The position numbers and the translations under genes were made by a program. From positions 1 to 19,427 of the forward strand of contig JAVRLY010000025.1 of the NCBI GenBank assembly GCA_031960885.1: a stretch of DNA of 19,427 nt. Reading direction: 5' to 3'. Each line of letters begins with the position of its first letter. Position 1 is the stretch's first letter. Below, piece by piece: positions 18,001-19,427 of this stretch. Source of the stretch: Desulfurella sp. (GTDB lineage Bacteria; Campylobacterota_A; Desulfurellia; Desulfurellales; Desulfurellaceae). The notes below the pieces were generated by a model. That model saw only the letters and a list, made by a program, of their open reading frames with translations. It was not told where the DNA came from and searched no databases.

Positions 18001-18266
18001 AAAACCAGTTTGTATTTAATATCTTTAGCATCTGCATTGAACCTATTTGAGCTTATTGATAAAGCAGAAATATGTACTTTTATTGAAGTTAGATTTTGCG
18101 ATATTTCATAACCATTGATTTTATTTATTTTGATATGAGTCTTTTTTTCTACAAGATGCAGAAAATACTGACTTCTTAGGAAAAACGGCAGGCTAAAGTA
18201 GCCTGCCAAGATAGTTAATAAAAACGCTACTATAGCGATTGAGGCTATAAATAGCTTCTTTTTCAT
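15018..18266 (-). CDS. AsmA-like / YhdP-type large envelope protein (putative bridge-like lipid transfer protein)
   Basis: 1082 aa with one N-terminal TM anchor, a long beta-rich body, and a C-terminal region FYFDKMVGIFKLENGVL..LTVKG..LFINGNVNL..IPIIGHIL..FRVDG resembling the AsmA_2 domain. Confidence 0.7.
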   Translation of the reverse strand: MKKKLFIASIAIVAFLLTILAGYFSLPFFLRSQYFLHLVEKKTHIKINKINGYEISQNLTSIKVHISALSISSNRFNADAKDIKYKLVLSELISKKPSFGRLNIQNLNICMYPPQKKAPKTQTIIKPLPISIDIAHLNALYNNYSVSGTLNLVLSSDKKHNAFSFIGAVNKNPIELSGNINPENLNINLNIKKFSSKGLPSYLQPINNSNLTLSLKLKNNLEPQSGQIEVSAINYKGFLFEKPSAHLKNNMLYLNVAHIIYKNNEIVCKNSTLKLNTTNFDGTANCSEISIAHLKITNPIINFKYNKNNQHYIVKAKAGGFLFNADGKLDTKNFQNTYVNGFLQTPFIDYTALKPLFSKHIKEYIISGKLKANKVTFSGFVKDKENIIKTGNLIAYNTKFIVEKGTYPLEITQANIDITPKNVIIKGTGVSDKINLVNSKLVIARKKDYPANMHLVLKGEFTKNTEDFLHIALLSPSDLKYIDYATNIRGKLNCIVDIKNYYWHSLPHFDFNVNIDSNLNFIDKRISKTPINLIGKFDIQRKNQAIKVSANNLTVKTDGSFINVSGYIEHLHGIEYNALFSGKLQPNDIENISYLKINKKYLPTTSVTIKPSSIWGNSEQINFNSHIEGKKLFKESGFGVDSISAKGYYKNGLLSFNPIKLDGNLQIIGLYNTKAKAFHGSIAFNNFLISRIKNLLNLPVSEATLNGNVKLGLENKKIQYIFCDNLAVSNLIYNNDFVVKSVHIQFDKNYAKLTDGYALVLDNPVSFNGSVNIEPLIINLDASSKKFIVKKTPSKTKSYIGDFQFKIPNASIFARAHIDELVIEDTRPFVFNNVNTQLELAKKRMLIVQAPQTTINISMDKNTININAKDSYIFSHYIQSKTKKPTITTLNATLQSPSENTIDVKHLTGNIKFVSENGNIKDFPDIYKILSLADILGLITGQINLKEGFYFDKMVGIFKLENGVLTTAKPLTVKGTSNNLFINGNVNLTNYHTNALFMITTFTFINRLISYIPIIGHILGGKEKSFTGLSFRVDGYLDGKLNVYPVPFESISKGLLDIIKRTITLPAYLLDLNGDKHKGENK

Positions 18267-19073
18267 TTATTTTACAAAGTTTGATAAGTTTGTTAAACCA
18301 ACAATTACAATACCTGTTGTATTTGTTTTCCTTACGATTATTGAAGGCGTGCCGTTTAATTTTTGTTTGAAAAATTCACCTTTTAAATACTCTAATTTTG
18401 GTTTGTATTGTGGAGTCAGTTTGTTAATTAAGTTTTGATTTTGCGCGACAATCTTGTCAACAGCTTCAAAAGGCGCTGCTTCTACTTTTGTCAAAGCATT
18501 TTGTAGGTTTGTTTTTGATTCGATATCCCAAAATAATATTGAGGCTTGTGTAGATTTTTCACCATGCACATCAAATGGTATCACATAAAGCTTAATTTTG
18601 TTTTGTTTTGCCAATTCAATTGCTTGAGCAAGCTGTTCTTTGCAAAAAGGGCAATATGGGTCAGATAAAATATACACCTCAACTTTGCCGTTTCCAAAAC
18701 TCTTTTTTAGGTTTGGGCTTAATGTTGATAACACTCTATTGAACCACTCAATATTTACTGCGTTGTAGCTTTCTTTAACTTTAGGTTCAATCTGCGAGAT
18801 AGTGTTGTTTGCATAAGACAATAGGTTTGGGATTACATATTTGCCATCATCTGATATCCATAGATACTTATAAACGCTTACAGATGAATTTTGTGGCTTT
18901 AGCGTTGCGATGAATGTTTGAAAGCCTGAAATTTGAAAATCGCTTGTGTGTTTGAGTTCAATGTTTACATTAGGTGGCACGAGTTTTTTTGCAATGGCTG
19001 TATAATCAGTCGCGGCTTTTGCACAAACATACATTAACATGATACCTAATACAGATAAAAAGATTTTTTTCAT
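18267..19073 (-). CDS. Exported DsbC/DsbA-like thioredoxin-fold thiol-disulfide oxidoreductase
   Basis: Signal peptide MKKIFLSVLGIMLMYVCAKA, DsbC-like N-domain (WISDDGKYVI), SDPYCPFC and cis-Pro loop GTP. Start placed at ATG 19073 with a GGAGG SD, rather than at 19136. Confidence 0.8.
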   Translation of the reverse strand: MKKIFLSVLGIMLMYVCAKAATDYTAIAKKLVPPNVNIELKHTSDFQISGFQTFIATLKPQNSSVSVYKYLWISDDGKYVIPNLLSYANNTISQIEPKVKESYNAVNIEWFNRVLSTLSPNLKKSFGNGKVEVYILSDPYCPFCKEQLAQAIELAKQNKIKLYVIPFDVHGEKSTQASILFWDIESKTNLQNALTKVEAAPFEAVDKIVAQNQNLINKLTPQYKPKLEYLKGEFFKQKLNGTPSIIVRKTNTTGIVIVGLTNLSNFVK

Positions 19074-19103
19074 ACTTTTCCTCCACTTTACAAAGATAAC
19101 AAA

Positions 19104-19131
19104 ATTATATTCAAAAAAAATTTTTTTGCAA
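19104..19131 (-). promoter_or_regulatory. Putative sigma70 promoter for the dsbC-like/asmA-like/activator unit
   Basis: Minus strand TTGCAA (19131-19126), 16 nt, TATAAT (19109-19104), ending 30 nt before the ATG. Confidence 0.65.
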
Positions 19132-19151
19132 ATCATAATTTAAAGAAAAAT

Positions 19152-19179
19152 TTGATTTTTTGATAAAAATAATTAAAAT
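19152..19179 (+). promoter_or_regulatory. Putative sigma70 promoter of the small membrane protein gene (leaderless geometry)
   Basis: TTGATT (19152-19157), 16 nt, TAAAAT (19174-19179), 7 nt, ATG at 19187. No SD. Confidence 0.5.
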
Positions 19180-19186
19180 AACTACT

Positions 19187-19426
19187 ATGTTTATATTGCT
19201 TGCAATTTTTGCTTTTTTAATTAATCTTCCTTTTGGGCGATTAAGATCAAAAGTAAAAAAATTTTCTTGGCGCTGGTTTGCATATATTCATTTGCCTATC
19301 CCATTTATTGCGCTGCCGCGCATCTTGCTTGGCATTAGTTATTATTTTATACCATTATTTTTATTTGCATCTGTGTTGGGTCAGATACTTGGTGCTAGAA
19401 TAAAATTATCTGCACAAAAGATTTAA
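19187..19426 (+). CDS. Small hypothetical integral membrane protein (79 aa)
   Basis: Three hydrophobic stretches with NLPFG.LR..KKFSW.WF..IHLP.PFI..R and GQILG, a pattern resembling small conserved hypothetical membrane proteins. ATG 19187 preferred over TTG 19160. Confidence 0.7.
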   Translation: MFILLAIFAFLINLPFGRLRSKVKKFSWRWFAYIHLPIPFIALPRILLGISYYFIPLFLFASVLGQILGARIKLSAQKI

Positions 19427-19427
19427 A

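Noticed and set aside
443..18111. Short alternative ORFs in the track (e.g. 443-760, 803-1081, 3758-4033, 4338-4685, 9019-9348, 12744-13004, 14687-14932, 17839-18111)
   Set aside because: They lie antisense or out of frame within well-supported genes and show no recognisable motifs; these are shadow ORFs.
5992..19165. TTGAT motifs as FNR/Crp-family boxes
   Set aside because: None of the three promoter-associated TTGAT sites has the matching ATCAA half-site at 4-nt spacing.
1..19427. CRISPR array, IS element, prophage genes or rRNA
   Set aside because: No spaced repeat array, transposase, integrase, phage gene or rRNA-like sequence was seen; the window is almost fully covered by identifiable genes.

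Overview
AT-rich bacterial chromosomal window, mostly on the minus strand. The gene content and the DNA-binding-domain-less sigma54 activator suggest Campylobacterota, possibly Desulfurella-like (inference only). In order of position: tRNA-Phe(GAA) with its own sigma70 promoter; an operon for a cytoplasmic NAD-linked Mo/W formate dehydrogenase (fdsG-fdsB-fdsA) ending in a crotonase-fold gene; a divergent MFS transporter; a long minus-strand unit that reads, in transcription order, DsbC-like oxidoreductase, AsmA/YhdP-like protein, FlgR-like activator, flgB-flgC-fliE-fliF-fliG-fliH-fliI-fliJ, MotE/YlxF-like gene; and a small divergent membrane protein. Most notable observations: (1) FdsA appears to carry a fused C-terminal FdsD (delta) module, no fdsC/fdhD or fdsR is present, and a crotonase lacking both catalytic glutamates follows directly. 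(2) The sigma54 activator lacks an HTH, has GAFSGA, and is translationally coupled to envelope-biogenesis genes. (3) A TTGATT-N16-TAWWAT promoter geometry occurs three times, twice predicting leaderless mRNAs. (4) An 11-bp tandem repeat beyond the tRNA 3' end resembles integrase arm sites. No CRISPR array, transposase or rRNA was seen. All family assignments come from motif recognition, not database searches.
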